Origin: Octopus bimaculoides
Lineage: Eukaryota
Reading direction: 5' to 3'
DNA: 64,000 bases
NCBI RefSeq assembly: GCF_001194135.2
Contig: NC_068990.1
Coordinates: 3,514,379 to 3,578,378, forward strand
Numbering within the stretch: position 1 is the first letter of the stretch; each line of letters begins with the position of its first letter. The notes beneath the pieces are model-generated. The model ran no database searches. It saw nothing but the letters and a program-made list of their open reading frames with translations, and was not told the DNA's origin. The translations under genes were made by a program, and so were the position numbers. Shown here in pieces: positions 14,819 to 29,945 of the stretch.

Positions 14819-15849
14819 TTGGGCTTTGTGAGTAGATTTGGTACACGGAAACTAAAAGAAGCTCGTAGAATATATATATAATTCCTTCCCTAATTCTTCA
14901 ATCCTGCTTCAATCTGCTTCCTAAATTAAGTACCAGTTGCGTACGGGGATCGGTCTAATCGAGTCCCAAAACATTTTGGGCCTTGTGCCTAGAGTAGAAA
15001 ATATTATTAAATGGAAATATACAGACAGAAGAAAGGAACGGACACTAAAGTAAGCTTTCTCCTCTTGTATAAAGTTCTGTTACTGAAGAGAGAGGCTGAA
15101 AACTCAACTGAGCTAAAGTTTGTCAAATAAGAATACTTATCTTAAACTCTGTCTTTCTCCCTCTCTCAATTCTTTTTTCTTTATGTATATTTCTTCCTCT
15201 GTCTCTCACTTTGTTTCTCCTACTTCACTCTTAATATTTTACTCTGTCTTTCTTTCGTCCCTCTCACACTACCTCTGTTCTTTTTTTATTCTATCTCTGT
15301 CTATTTACTATTCTATGGTTGACAAATTATTGATTATTTGTTCCACACAATTCATTGCATCCTGTCAATGTAGTATGACATAATTACTTCGGTTTAAATA
15401 GAGGACAGATTAAATATTTCTTCAATTACAACTTTGTAATAAAATTTACTAGTAAAATTACGTAAATTTAACAGACATTAATTTTTCGAAGTAGCAGAGG
15501 GTAAAATTCCAATAAAAATGATAAAAGCATGGAGTGAAACTGCTCCGTTGGCCCGACAATAACTCTATAAACGAACCAATTTATAGGTAATTTAAAACTA
15601 CTATTGATTTGCTAGTACGGGCAGTTTTAATTACCTCTTCTTCAGTTTTAAACAATTAAGATGTACCGCATTGACTAACCTTTAAATGGTAGAATTTCTA
15701 CAAGCACACACCGAACAAATATATTTAGTTGATGATAAATACCCCATTGTTAACTAAATCTAATTTCCTGTTGTAATTGAAGTTAACAGAAAATAGAAAG
15801 AGATATAATGAAGTAGCACACTGAATTCATGAACTTAGTGTTGCTGACG

Positions 15850-16240
15850 TTGTTGTGTAGTCCCAGAACAGATCCGGTTCAGCAAACCTATAGTAAAAAG
15901 CGTTCCAGACTTAACAATATTCTCTTTATCCACACATCGTGCATCGGTAGACATATTAACTAATTCATCATCGACCTTTTACAACGTTAGAGTGCGTTCT
16001 GGGAGAGATATGGCTGCTATATCTAACAGAACAAGTAACTGTGCAGAGACTGCCTCCTTGGCTTGAATATCGACCTGTTTTGTAAAGTGATTCAACATCA
16101 ATTTATTTCGCTATCTGTATTTGATGGCTGGAGACAATTGCTTCGTATCCTAGCTAATAAGCACATAAAATCTGTGTAGTACTGTAATCATCCTCAACAG
16201 TATCAGCATTGTTATCATTCAACTTCAGTTGCTTGTTCTG
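15850..16240 (-). mobile_element. Decayed CR1/Jockey-type reverse transcriptase fragment
   Basis: Minus frames give ...AQLLVLLDI...KVDDELVN...WIKR...TGSVLG, which parallels RT motifs TQLL..D / KAFDKVDH / QGSVLG in the expected order. Many stops and frameshifts. Confidence 0.35.
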
Positions 16241-16254
16241 TTTATTATAATTGG

Positions 16255-16965
16255 GGAGGGTACGGACCATGATGGGTGACTGGTGAGAATCGACTTCAAA
16301 TCAGTGGCATTAAACGTTTCGAGCTCAAATCCCACCGATGTCAAATTTGCCTTTCATCGCGTCAGGGTCAATTAAATAATGCACAAGTCAAGTACTGCAG
16401 TCGGCAGCATCGACTTACACTCTGTCACTTCAATATTACTGGTCTTGAGACCAAATTAGAAAGCATTATTAAAGGGGGTGCTGGACTAGCAGAGCATTTA
16501 GACTTTTCGAAAATTCCTTGCAGTATTTCTTCCGGATCGTTACCATCTGAAATGAAATCCCGTCAATGCTTTTCTTCCTTTCAGTTGTCGATAAAACAAA
16601 GTATCAGTAGAATTTTTGGATCATGTTAACACTAGCCCTTTTCAGGCAAAAGAATCGTCGTGTTAACAATAGCGTTCTTCAGGCAAAATAATCTCTGATT
16701 TTAGCCTAAATCAGAGATTATTTTTACGATTGTCTAGGCGCGGATTTGAATGGTGAGGTGGCAGCATCGGAAAACAATAGCTGTAGTATTTCTTCTGCCT
16801 ATTTATATTTTTAGTTCAAATCCTGCCTTAGTCAAATTTAATTTTCATTCTTTTGGGGTCAATAACATAGTGTACAAATCAAGGACTGGCTTAATTGGTA
16901 TCAACTTATCCCCTCCTGCAAAATTCAGCCCTTGTTTCTACACTAGAAGCAGTTATTATTTCAGA
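16255..16965 (+). mobile_element. Cluster of two or three degenerate SINE copies
   Basis: Recurrent SINE core variants: CAAATCCCACCGATGTCAAATTTGCCTTTCATC (~16327) and GTTCAAATCCTGCCTTAGTCAAATTTAATTTTCATTCTTTTGGGGTCAATAA (~16815). Confidence 0.6.
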
Positions 16966-17479
16966 GGCTTAGGGGATGTTTTGTGTGGTAATAAATCATA
17001 CTTTCGAACATTAGTAAACCACAGTGTGCTTACAAAGATATATGCGATAGCAATTCTTCAAGCACAAGAGATGTTAAAGGCATTGTATAATATATAAGTT
17101 ACACGAATTAAAATAAATTAAACACAAGCCACACGGGAATAAATAACAATGACATAAAACAGAACAGACAAACGCCTGCGTTGTTCAGGATACTCCACAT
17201 TCCTAACTACACTTGCACAATGTTTATTCACCGTGTATTGTTCAGCAGAAGATTCTGGAGTCTACTGTGAGAAGTTCTTTTGTTCCACTAGACAATTCAG
17301 GAGACACGTTGTCGCCAACTATGATATTATGCGTCTTACGAAATTTGAAATATTCTGTTCTTGTGATGCTGTTGAAAATGTGATCCCTCTTCCTTCAGGG
17401 TTCATAATTTGTTTGGACATTCTTTGCTTCCCTGTATTAGAGTTTAATGAACGCTTTGTTATTCTTACGAATTGCTACT

Positions 17480-18200
17480 AATCTAAAGACGCTGAGGTTC
17501 AGATTTCGTTCCACTCTACAGGAGATCTGTTTACCATGACATGGAATGGGCACTTGGTCAGCAGAGAAAGTGTACCGCACTTCGCGTTTTTTTTTATAGC
17601 ACTTGTTTCATTGGCCTGTGTGTCTGTAGAGTGTTAGTAGATAACATGAGCAGCAATGGCCTGGATTTGGCTCTGAGCATCGGCGAGAACAATCTTTGTA
17701 TGGTTGTACAAACTGAGTGGAATTACCTGTTTGAGACACATTCTACAGGCGTACAAGCGCAACGGCAAAACCATTCTGAGATGCGTTATGGGAGGGACGA
17801 AAATTCTCTGCACGCCCTGGATCAATATCTGTGCGTTAAAAAAGTATACTTTTGTGTCAACTAGATGCTGTCGCATGTAGAACAAATCCAGATGTCTCCC
17901 GAGTTTATACTGAAATTGTGACGATCGACGCACGACCTTCCTTTTGCAAGTAAGATGGGAAAATGTTTCTTTGCTTTGTGGCTGTAGTGAGAAATGTAGC
18001 TTTGTGGATTCATTTGAAAGCGTTGCAGACAGGAATTTTCCTATCCAGCCAAGCTCTCATTATCTTCAAGTACAACTTGAGGAGAAAAGTGAAAGTGGAG
18101 AGGGAGACGTTGCCTTTTAGTGTGTTAATCGAATGATGGATAATAGTGGTATGACTGTTGAGCCTAAATGGGCCTACTCCGAGTGCTTTTCTGAGTAGGA
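17480..18200 (+). mobile_element. L1/Tx1-clade LINE, decayed ORF2 C-terminus (zinc-knuckle/zf-RVT region)
   Basis: GRDENSLHAL (CCHC remnant, ~17790-17820) is followed by ALQTGIFLSSQALIIFKYNLRRKVKVERETLPFSVLIE*WIIVV*LLSLNGPT, characteristic of Tx1 ORF2 ends. Confidence 0.6.
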
Positions 18201-18527
18201 GGAAATGAGGTAGAAGCAGGTAGTACGATGCCATCAAAATGGCAGAATAATTCAAGTCATTTGTGTTGGGTTCCCATCGAATTACCCAAGGTGGACTCCC
18301 TTGTTGCTGGAGATTTTATACCTACTGAAATCTATTAATATTTTGGGATGTTATGTATAAATTTTTATATCTATATATTTATATAGATATACCTTTAGTA
18401 ATGTTAATTTGTTGTTTGATCGAGGTAATCACCAGATTTTGTTTTGTGCGCAGTGTTGCATCCTGTTATATTGCCCACAATGTCTCGTACCCTCGGGCAA
18501 AATAAAGAAATCTCCATCATCAACACC

Positions 18528-18561
<34 letters not shown>

Positions 18562-18591
18562 TCATCGTCACCATATTCAACCTCATCGTTG

Positions 18592-18625
<34 letters not shown>

Positions 18626-19439
18626 CATCATCATCATCATTGCTGTTGTTGTTGTTATTTATCTACTACTACAACAGCAGACGAAGGTCTGTGTCACTAA
18701 GGTTTCACAGTATTGCCGTTTTGGTGTAAACAATTGTGCTTCATTTATAGTTTACTCTGTTAAACAAAAATGATGTTTAGTAATTTATAGCACCCATGTA
18801 CGTGTCGTTTACAAATCTAAGTATCGCAAATATTCATTCTACCGTAACACATTTACCAAACCAGTTTATCTTAGATATTTGAAAGTCTAACACAGGCATA
18901 TATGAAAAGAACGAATAAATTGTTAGATATTTACATTATTCGTGTATATGTGTGTGCGTGAGTACGGGTGTCTATTTTCTATATGGAAAGCAAAGTTATA
19001 ATATTTTAAGGCAATTTATCTTTTTGCCATTACCAGGTTACAGACAGATAAGTATTTGCACACATACAAGTGCGGGCTCGCACACGCACACACAAACACA
19101 CACACAAACTCATACACAAAAAAAACACACAGAGACACATAGACACACACACAGAAATATGTATGTGCGCATACACACACCTCACACGCGCGCGCGCACA
19201 CACATAGAAATATATATGTGCACATACACACACATTACACACGCACGCACACACACATACACACAATCGACATTGTTATTCGTTTAGATTCAATTTCAAG
19301 AAGAATATTAAATATCAAAACTAATGAAATTTAAGTCCCTAAAATAAATAAATATCTGTTTTAATAGCGCTTAAAGTTAATACATCTAACTTTAAAGTTA
19401 TTGTAGTCATATCATTTGTAATCATTACCAATGATTTAA

Positions 19440-19810
19440 TCACAACCAGAAGACAATATTTTTGAGGAAATTCTATTAAAAGGTTGCACTTTTCATGAAT
19501 ACACTCTTTTTTAATTTTGGAAGCTTTTCATCAATGATACCAACAACGTTATCATTGATCCAACAAGACGACAGTCTCTAAGTTGTCATCGACATCCTAG
19601 AAATAGTAACAGAATCGTCTTCTTGATTTTTTATTGGCTCGTGTAAAGATACATGTGGAAAACCGGATCTTTGACGCAAAAACCAAGACAACTGAGGTTG
19701 TAATAAATAGAATTAATGCTGAATGTAAATATATGATTGAAAAGTTTACCAGAATAAAGGCTTTTCACATGTTGATACTAGCGAAAGAAGGCTTCCTCTA
19801 TATTTGAAGA
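19440..19810 (+). mobile_element. Possible L1/Tx1 ORF2 C-terminal relic
   Basis: EEILLKGC...FWKLF followed by LLDFLLARVKIHVENRIFDAKTKTTEVVINRINAECKYMIEKF resembles post-zinc-knuckle L1/Tx1 sequence. Frameshifted. Confidence 0.3.
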
Positions 19811-22800
19811 AAATAAAGATAAATTATCCAAAACAATGAGTGACTGTCTTCTTGCTTGAATGTGATCAAAATTATTTATCAATTTATCTTCATAACCTTT
19901 GCCTGTATTTCAAGCCTTTTCATCCTCCTACTGAGTGATTTAGATCAAAGTTTTTATGTATTAATTCGTACTTCCTTTGTACAGTATTCTATTTCCTTTA
20001 CTTGACATGTTCAGCGGAATTAAAAACTAGTGTATCGTCTTCTGAATTCTTGTACTATATATTGATCTAAATTTTGGTTTCCAATATTTGGCATACAAAA
20101 TATCACGAGGCTCAAGTAAAAATCAAGTTTGAAAATATACTATGTGTTTCAAAATATAGGCAAAAAGAAGTACACATACATTTTGGAGAGAGCACAAGTA
20201 AAAGCAGTGCATGATTGATACTTATTTTATCACCTCTGGTACTTGGCTGGCATGTCTCTTATCGATTCATAGGGTATTTTTCATATACATTAGTCTTCGT
20301 GTTTTCTACAATCATTATTAACAAAGCTACAAAACTTGACTAAAGGGGAAAGTTTATTATTTCCAACATGAAAAGAAATGATATATGAATATTTGATGAA
20401 AAGCTTGTTTCGAAATTTGAAATTCTGGGCTTGTCACAAACATTTTTGTTTCTGGTAGAGTTTAAACCTTTATGGTACAAATGTGAAATCAATGAGGAAT
20501 AGTGACATTTTTTGTGTGATTTAATTTGGCTTTCTTGTTGTAAAGTTGACTGGTACGTCTTTTATCAGCAGACAAAGTCGAATGGAGTGGGGAAAGTCTA
20601 CACCGCTCTATCTAAAGTCAGATATAAAGGAACAAACTAATACAATCTACTATTTTAGCAGCCACTCTACCTACTCCGGCATCCGCTGCACTTTTGCTCT
20701 CTTTTTTTATTCGTTCATGTTAATTATATATTTTTGGGCTCATCTTAGGGATGTATATTAAAGTGTAAGAGATCTAGCTAGGACACGTTAATAATGAGTG
20801 AGCTGGTGGAAGTCAGCTAACATTGTACGTAACTGAATAAATAACACAACATGGGACTAAGAATCTTTGTATCAAACAAAGTAAAATATGGCGATTAGTA
20901 GACAACCTATGAAAATATCATTTTCAGATGAATTTGCTAAAACGAAGAGACAACCCAAACCAAAGTTCAGTAGCTATTCTTCATATACGGTTTCCGGAAA
21001 ACATTGTTTCTTCCAGAGAATTGCAAGCTATATTCTTTAAATCTTGTCAATCGCAAAGGTTTATGAAAGAGTTAATAAGCAAATAAACCGTGTGAGGCTG
21101 AGTATGTATACCATCATATAAACAAATGGTTAACAATTTAACTTAAGTTATATGTTGTTTCTGAGGAGAGTCATTCGCTTTGTGTGCCTTATTATTTTAC
21201 ACACACACCGGTTCAGTTTCCAATCATTTACTTCTTTATTGTTTCTAAAATTGTCGTTGCATCTTGCAACCTCTTCAATAGTCGTTGATTCTGTCCGTTT
21301 AAATCCCAATACGAAATTAAATCATATGCTTTGCTGATAAATAAAACAATGTCAAAGAAACGCCTTGTTTGTATTTTTACTTTGTTTTCCATCGAGTTAT
21401 TTCATCAGCTATTCTAAAGTTTTGGATCGTTCTTTTTATATATATATATATGATATATACATGTGAAAACCTAGGGATAACCAGATCAGTAGAGTGCTGC
21501 ACAGGACACAACGGAGAATATGGTTGTGGCCTGTTATGTTGTCTGTTCAAATTTTGCATGTGCTAATTTGGAATTTCAGCATTCCAGGTTTCGATGAAAT
21601 AAATATATGCAAATTGTAAGGAACTCTATATTTCTTCCTATATCCCATCTAAATGGAAAAGATAAGTATGGAACACTCTGCTCATGGGCGCATTCAATAT
21701 CGACGTATTAACGATCGACCTAGAACCAGTTGCTAACGAAGATGCAAAACAGAACAATGGTGATGAATTAACAGTTCGTAGTGATACGGAGAATCATTCT
21801 ATCATGTAAAATTAATTAGTAATATGGCTGAATAGCAGATGAAAAATATATTGTTTCGATAGATTAATTAGCTAAAAGTGGGAGACATTGAAAAACAATG
21901 TCTATTTATGTAGAACTTAACTCCGTGTTTATCTAAGAATTTATCAACGATCTTGTAAGAGTTAATTAGCTACGTTAGACTGTGTATATACAGTCTCGTG
22001 AGAACAAAAAAGTATCAGTTAACTTAAAACATAAGCTTTGCTAACATAACTCTAACAAAGGAACGCCTTCATACTTTACGCTCGAAACAAAAACATAATA
22101 CCCAAAACGCTGAACGAATGACTTACGAATGGGATCAAACGTGCTTATCGTTTTATCTTCAAAGCCAATGTTTTTTTTGCCGAAATCTTTTCACCTTCTA
22201 CGAAGGGTTTTCGATAAATTTTCCTGGTGTGATGCTCCGAACTTCCTTTGTACCATATTCTGTTTCCATTTCTAGACATCTTCACACGGAAATGAAAACT
22301 AACGTGTTATATTCTGATAATTCTTGTGTTATAAGTTTTGTTTTATCTATATTTTGGTTTACATATTGATTTGAGACAAAAACTACATGCAAACAACATG
22401 TAAAAACGTCCTATGGAAAATGTGACAAGGGTTTCAAACTATGGATAAAAAGGGCATAGCATTTTGATAAAGATGCAGTTGATTAGAACTATCAACAGTA
22501 GGAAAGAGTGATATCTATTTTATCGATTCAAGTACTTGGCTGGTAGTTATTTTATCGGTTACCAGAACTATGAAATACACAGTGCAATATTAGTATAAGG
22601 CTATTGTAGTTTAATATTGTAATAAGTTTAATAGTATACAAAAACATTTTAACAACTTTGAAATGTTGGATTTGTCATAGATATTTTTGATTCCTGAGGA
22701 GTATTAACATTTTTAGGTAGATATATGATATCAATATAGAATAAAATCATTGATTTATGGACGACTTCAGTTTCACTAAAATTATCTGGTAGTTATTTGT

Positions 22801-24337
22801 CGAAACCAACACGGTGCTATTTGATCTCAAAATATAATGGAACACAATACGCACCCTGAGGTTCTATTAGGTACTCTGTCGATTCTGCTAAGAATTATTA
22901 TTTTTCTACCTGTAATATTTATTGTGAGATGTGTGGCGCGCGAGGTGTATTTAATTACTCCCTTTACGTTTTAAACTTTAATTCTGGCACTGGTAAACCT
23001 TAAAACTCGTCCTTCTAATCTTGTACTTAATAAAATAACTATTAGGACTACTAGTAAAGAATTGGAAACGTTATGATCGACGATACAATCCTTCCCCTAA
23101 TATTACACATGTATCGAGGAGGAACAGGTCAATGATAAACGCTACAAAAGCAAGCAATATTTCCATGAAAGTAATTCAATAGTGCAGAGTGGTACGTGAT
23201 ACTGACAATCACACCAATTGGATTAGATGGTTCAAAAGCAAATGAAAAGTATGTTTAGATAAATTAACTTAATTAAAGGGAGTGACACTGAAAATCAGAT
23301 CTTGTCATACGAAAATAAAATATCTACAGATTATTGCTATTTTCCGTAAAACATGTTTCTGTTGACTTATACACACGCATTTTGTAAAAAAAAGATTATT
23401 AGCCTTCATATAAGAATCCATAAGGTACGTATCCCTATTTCTATATACAGCTTGTTACAGTACAGAAAAATAAGCTGGGGATATCAAAATCATGATAACA
23501 AATGGTTCGCAAAGCAACGGTGAACGTTAAGTATGCTTAATCTAGGGTAAGTGAATAGTTTAGGATAGGGAGATGTTATGGTATGTAATTGGATAAATAC
23601 TTCGCGAAGATACGAGGAATTTAATTCTATGCGAAATGCATGAAAAATGTTCTTGATGGGAATTGAAAATATCAAAATTAGAACAACAAACATCTAATTG
23701 ACATAAGTTACCGGAAGAGGAGAAATAAAGAAAATTGAAAGAGAGATAAAATTTCAGAAAGAGACTGACGAAAATGGAAATCAAGGAGAAAGAAAGACAG
23801 AATGAACGAATGGGTGAGAGAAGAAGGAAGGATCTGAGGAAAGAAAGAAGGAAGGAAGGAAGGAAGGAAGGAAGGAAGGAAGGGATGGACGCAGTGTTGC
23901 AAATAAAGTGGAATAATATGAGAGAAATTTAGTTCAGTAAAAATTAATGGAACGTTAATTGTTATTCAAACTAAAACTGAAATTCTCTTTCTTTGCTGAC
24001 TACTACTAACGTACTGTGTCTTACATTGTAATAATTCTATGTGATTAAATATTCTTCTTCTTGGCAGAGTACTTTAGAAACGTAGAACTGTAAAGACTGA
24101 CGCTAAGAAAACAAATTTTCCTGGAGATATGTAGCCAAAAAGTCTGTTAGTTTTATAGATAATATTAATTCGGTGCCGACTAAAGATGAAGGGAAATAAT
24201 TGGTTTCGAATGATGCTATCAACGTTGCAGTCCACTTATATTTTGTAGTGAAAGTTAATATGTACATGCATAGGCGCACATGCCACCATACCACCCATAC
24301 GGTTATGCGCACATGCATAATCCATATACAGACAGAT

Positions 24338-24392
<55 letters not shown>

Positions 24393-24401
24393 TTTATATT
24401 C

Positions 24402-24449
<48 letters not shown>

Positions 24450-25367
24450 GTGTCTTCATATAGTTCATGTAATTAGTATAATATATAATTTGCTTTTGTG
24501 TATATAAATGTATATACATATATAAATATATTTATACGTATATATGAGTGTGTATATATTTATACATATGTGTGATACATATATACGATATATATGATGC
24601 AATGTAAACTTTTTTTGTATGTGTGTGTGTGTATTTACATATGTACATATGTATGTATGTATGTATGTATATATATATATATACATATATATACACATAC
24701 AGAGAAACGGGAAGGAGAGGGAGAAAAGTAATTAGGGTGTACAACTTTCTCATTAATATTGATTCTTAACCAGTGCACATGCTGTGAGCCACTGAACCTT
24801 CCTGTGTGTGTGCGTGTGCGTGTGCGTGTGTGTGCGTGTGTAGGTATGCATTTGCGTGTGGGTGGAAGTGTTGTATGCCTCAGTGTGATTATCTCTGCCT
24901 GTGTATGAGAGTAAGTGAGAGAGAATTTCAGTTATGTAAAATTAAAAAAGAATATCATGATTTTCGATAACAATCAATATCTAATTAAGAGGCATCGTAA
25001 AGTCAGTGCAGCCAAAGAAATATTGTTCTCATTTACGTATCTTTAGATTTAGCTATCAGAAGATACGGCTGTCTTCCTCTTCTTCCCGAGAACTCTATGC
25101 ACTATCTGTTCGATGACTGAACACTTGTGCAATGTGTGTATGTGACTCTGTACATATATGTATGAGTGTACGTGTGTGTGTGTGTGCTTGCATGTTTGTG
25201 TGTGTGTGTGTGTTTGTTGCTGTTGTGTGTGTGTGTGTGTGTCTGTTACATTTTTTGATCATTGACTGAGTTAGCCATTAATCAAAACAGTACTCGTTAC
25301 ATTTAACATACAGATGTAATCTTACAATTCTAGCCTATCACCTTACAATTGTAAAATCTTTTCAATA

Positions 25368-26900
25368 GGCACCTTGGGCCATATTCTTCTACTATAGCCT
25401 CGGGCAAACCAAAGCCTTGTAAGTGAATTTGATAGACGGAAACTAAGAGAAACCCATCGTGTATACAGGGTGCGTAAGATATTTGAGTACAGATTTATGT
25501 TTATAAAAACACAGCTATATAATAACAGATAATAACTTTATTTATCATAAAATGCTATGAGGATAAAAATAAGCCTTCTATTCTATAATGTTATTCAATA
25601 AAGCCACCTTCAGCTTCAACAACTGATTTTAAATGAGATCTAAATCATGTACATGCTCGAATCAAGAGGTCCTGGTTCATTTTGGACTGATCTTTGGTGT
25701 TATGAGCGTGTTCATTGACCTCTCTCTCAACAACGCTCCACATGTAATAGTTGAATGGATTGAGATCTGGGTAATTAGGAGGCCAAATGTTAGGGGTTAT
25801 GTGATCATGAAAATTTTCAACCTTTCATTCCTGTGTCACTAGAGCCTACTGAAACATATATGGTCTTCCATTGCATACACTGTCTATCCAGGGCTTAACT
25901 ATTTTCAGGTCATCAATGTAGGCTGCAGAGTTAACTTTAAGGCCTTGTGGAAAGAAGTAAGGAGGCATCACATGTCTTTTATTGCTGACAACCCCTAAAA
26001 CCATGACAGTTTTAGGAAATTTTGTATGCATAACACTTGCAACTTCAGAAGGGTCTGCACATAGCATTCTGTCATTTCTTCCATTAACTTTCTCATCTTT
26101 TTGGTCGAAGTTTTTTCTCGTTTGAGAAAAATCAAATCAAATCTTCTTCTGCTGGATTTTTCACTTTGTTTAAGAGCCTTTTAGATCTGATTTCTTTTGC
26201 TTTTTCTGGCAAATTGACATTTCCTCATCGTTTAAGACTTATATCTGGTGTCTTCTTGGACGACACTTCTCACTGTTCCTTCTGACACATGGAGATCTTT
26301 TGCATTTGACCTCATGGACTTTCTGGGATTGCAATCAATGGTCTGTTGAACTTTCTGGATTAATTCAGATGTTCTGACGATTTCAGAGCGTTTAGAATGC
26401 TTTTTATTCTTTGATTCTGGTGATACGTTTCCGTCTCCAGTCTCTAGCTCCTTACAAACTTTACAAACGAAAGATCCAGCAACTTGTAAACTCGAGATAT
26501 TTCTAAATCACTATGCTCAGCCTTTATAACCAAAATAACAGCATGCCGCTTCATTTCTTGAATACGCTGAGGGTCTACCATTATTATTTTCTGAAGCAAA
26601 GATTATTAAGTATTAGCAAAAATTGCAACAGTGACCCAAAAGTGTCCTCAAATACCTACGCACCCTGTGTGCGTGTGTGTGTGTGTTTGTGTGCCTGTGT
26701 TTGTCCCCACCCCCATCACTTGACAACCGATACTGGTGTCTTTACGTTCCCATAACTTAGTGGTTAGGCGATGCGACCGATAGAATAAGTACTAGTCTTA
26801 CAAAGAATAAGTCCTGGGGATCGATTTTTTCGACTAAAGGCGGTGTTCCAGCATGGATGTAGTCAAACGACTGAAACATATAACAGAAATAAAAGAAATA
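25368..26900 (+). mobile_element. Composite SINE split by the Tc1/mariner insertion
   Basis: The 5' part (...GACGGAAACTAAGAGAAACCCATCGTGTATA, ending 25465) resumes at 26668 (TGTG...GTGTTTGTCCCCACC...GAATAAGTACTAG...GGTGTTCCAGCATGG...CTGAAAC). The uninterrupted copy at 35620-36085 (-) shows the same order. Confidence 0.7.
25466..26667 (-). mobile_element. Tc1/mariner DNA transposon (maT/DD37D-like), ~1.2 kb, both TIRs, inactive transposase
   Basis: TIRs: CAGGGTGCGTAAGATATTTGAG (25466) and CTCAAATACCTACGCACCCTG (ending 26667), with TA on the left flank. Minus frames give TIDCNPRKSMRS..KDLHVSEGTVR (HTH), FFSNEK, LCADPSEV...HTKFPKTVMVLGVVS, GRPYMFQ and WPPNYPDLNPFNYYMW. The first and third catalytic Asp read Asn, and the second is lost in a small deletion. 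Confidence 0.92.
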
Positions 26901-28194
26901 CGTTTCTGCATTTCTTAAAAACCAGACGCAGTCGGTCTTTGGGGAAATATAAGAATGTATTAAAACAACTGTTTAGTTGGTTGCCATTACTTGTTTTATA
27001 TAGTATATAACATTATAAATTTCGCTTTCACTAGAACGACAATGGTTTTTTAAAATTAAACCTTGGGAGAGGCATTATGCCGGTAATAAACACACGCACT
27101 GGTTCAGTCCTTTATTAATTTATATAGTTTTTTGTTAAATTATTTCATTGCACTCTTGCAATCTCTTCAGTAACTTGTCTTTAGTATTGAATGTCTATCA
27201 TCAGTTTCATATACTTTTACATAAACTTTTAAAAGCTATATATGTATGTGTTATGTTACATGTGTATGCGTTTGTGTGAGTGTGACCGTATGTGTGTTCG
27301 TGAATGTGTGTGCGTACACATCAAGTATGTGTGCTACGAAGCAGATATGACGCAGTAGATTCAGCTACATTGTCGAGAGGTCCAGGTTGAATCCAGTAAA
27401 CTCGCCAGGAGATTCAATTGACAGCTTGTGTATAAATAAAAGCATGAGGTTAGAGGGAACTCTGACTTGAATCCTGCGACGTTTTTAGTATCCGGATATG
27501 TTTGGTTCAGCATGCTGCTAATTTGCATCCCGCAAACATTAAGAATGTTGCATTCCTTTTGCGCAAAAATTCGCTACCATGAAATTTAATAAGTACTGTT
27601 TGCGCACAATCTGGTTTTCCTTTAAAGCACAAGTATGGTCTGTATTTTTTCTCTAACTTATGTAGATAGTTGTACTCTCCTTGCGCTGACTGCATTATTG
27701 CGGGGAGCCGTGACTATGAAATACTGGTAGTTTCTTCACACGCAAAGTCCTCGTTAAGGTGCGGTGTGGCCGACAAGAGCTAGCGCCGTTCTCTGTTCAG
27801 CAGTCCATTTGAAAACTCAGTTCAAGTTCAGGTACCCAGGACGCCGAGAATTGTCACTGTAACTTAATAGAATAGAAACTGGAACACGGATATCACCATA
27901 CTTGTTAGCATGTGGGTTATTAATACACACAAAAGACCAATTGTAAAATTAAAAGTAAAAACAATTTCGATGATGTACAAATCTCTGTAATCTTTACAAT
28001 TGTTTCAAATCTACACACCGAATAATTTTTATAATCCAGAGAAGCGAACCCCGAGTTACCTGTCAGAACAATTACAGCGAGATTGTTAATACTTAGCGAT
28101 CATTGACTCGTTGTACTACTTGATTATTATACATGAGAGCTACCACGGTACCTGCTTGGATAATTTTATCCCCATACACCTACATTCTATATAC

Positions 28195-28287
<93 letters not shown>

Positions 28288-28404
28288 TGTGTATGTGTGT
28301 GTGTGTGTGTGTGTATGTATATATAGTTTACATAAAAGAAAATATCCCATCCAAAAATTAAAGTACTTTAAAATAAAAAACATAGGTTATAGTTTTAAGA
28401 TTAC

Positions 28405-28890
28405 AGATTACTCAAACTTGCCGCTCTCAGATTCCTGCACGTCCTGAAGGGCTCCTAAAACTGACACATACATTCCCCTACTGTGCTGCTGGGAAGACTT
28501 TCGAACACCTCTTTGATCTTGGCCACACGTTTGACCTTGATGCTGGAGGCAGTGTGGATAGTGTCGTTATCAACCCTGCCTCATATATAATAATCCAATG
28601 GATAACAATCGGGGCAATTAGGAGGCCTGACATAGGTGCTGAGGTCGTAGAAATTCTCCAACATACATCTCTGATACATTCAGGTGTTATGGCGAGGATC
28701 CAAATCCTGCTGCCACACGTATGGTCTTCCACCATAAACCATATTTTGACCAAAGTCTCCAGCTGCGTCACATAAACAACTGAAGTCCTTGTTCATAGAT
28801 GTGGGACGGCTTGACGTCACCCTCACTGGAGACACACACACGTAGATTATCACAGTTTGGGGTAACTTGGTTTTCCTGATACGTCGGAAT
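28405..28890 (-). mobile_element. Second maT-like Tc1/mariner transposase fragment (C-terminal DDD half)
   Basis: VSSEGDVKPSHIYEQGL / GGRPYVWQQDLDPRH...ENFYD...RPPNCPDCYPLDYYI*. There are 36 residues between the second and third Asp in this decayed copy, close to DD37D. The 5' part is replaced by a (GATA)n array. Confidence 0.85.
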
Positions 28891-28892
28891 AT

Positions 28893-29945
<1,053 letters not shown>

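Noticed and set aside
19300-20540. Toll/LRR-like pseudogene on the minus strand (ISFHVGNNKL; WINDNVVGII...C...C)
   Set aside because: There is no consistent LRR periodicity and no TIR domain, stops are frequent, and part of the region reads better as an L1/Tx1 relic on the plus strand.
20565-20640. GKVYTALSKVR resembling PIF1/Helitron helicase motif VI
   Set aside because: A single short motif with no other helicase motifs nearby.
21990-22330. Tc1-like terminus (TA-CAGT…AAAAAGTAT) plus an HTH-like minus frame
   Set aside because: No matching opposite TIR or DDE motif was found; too degraded to support.
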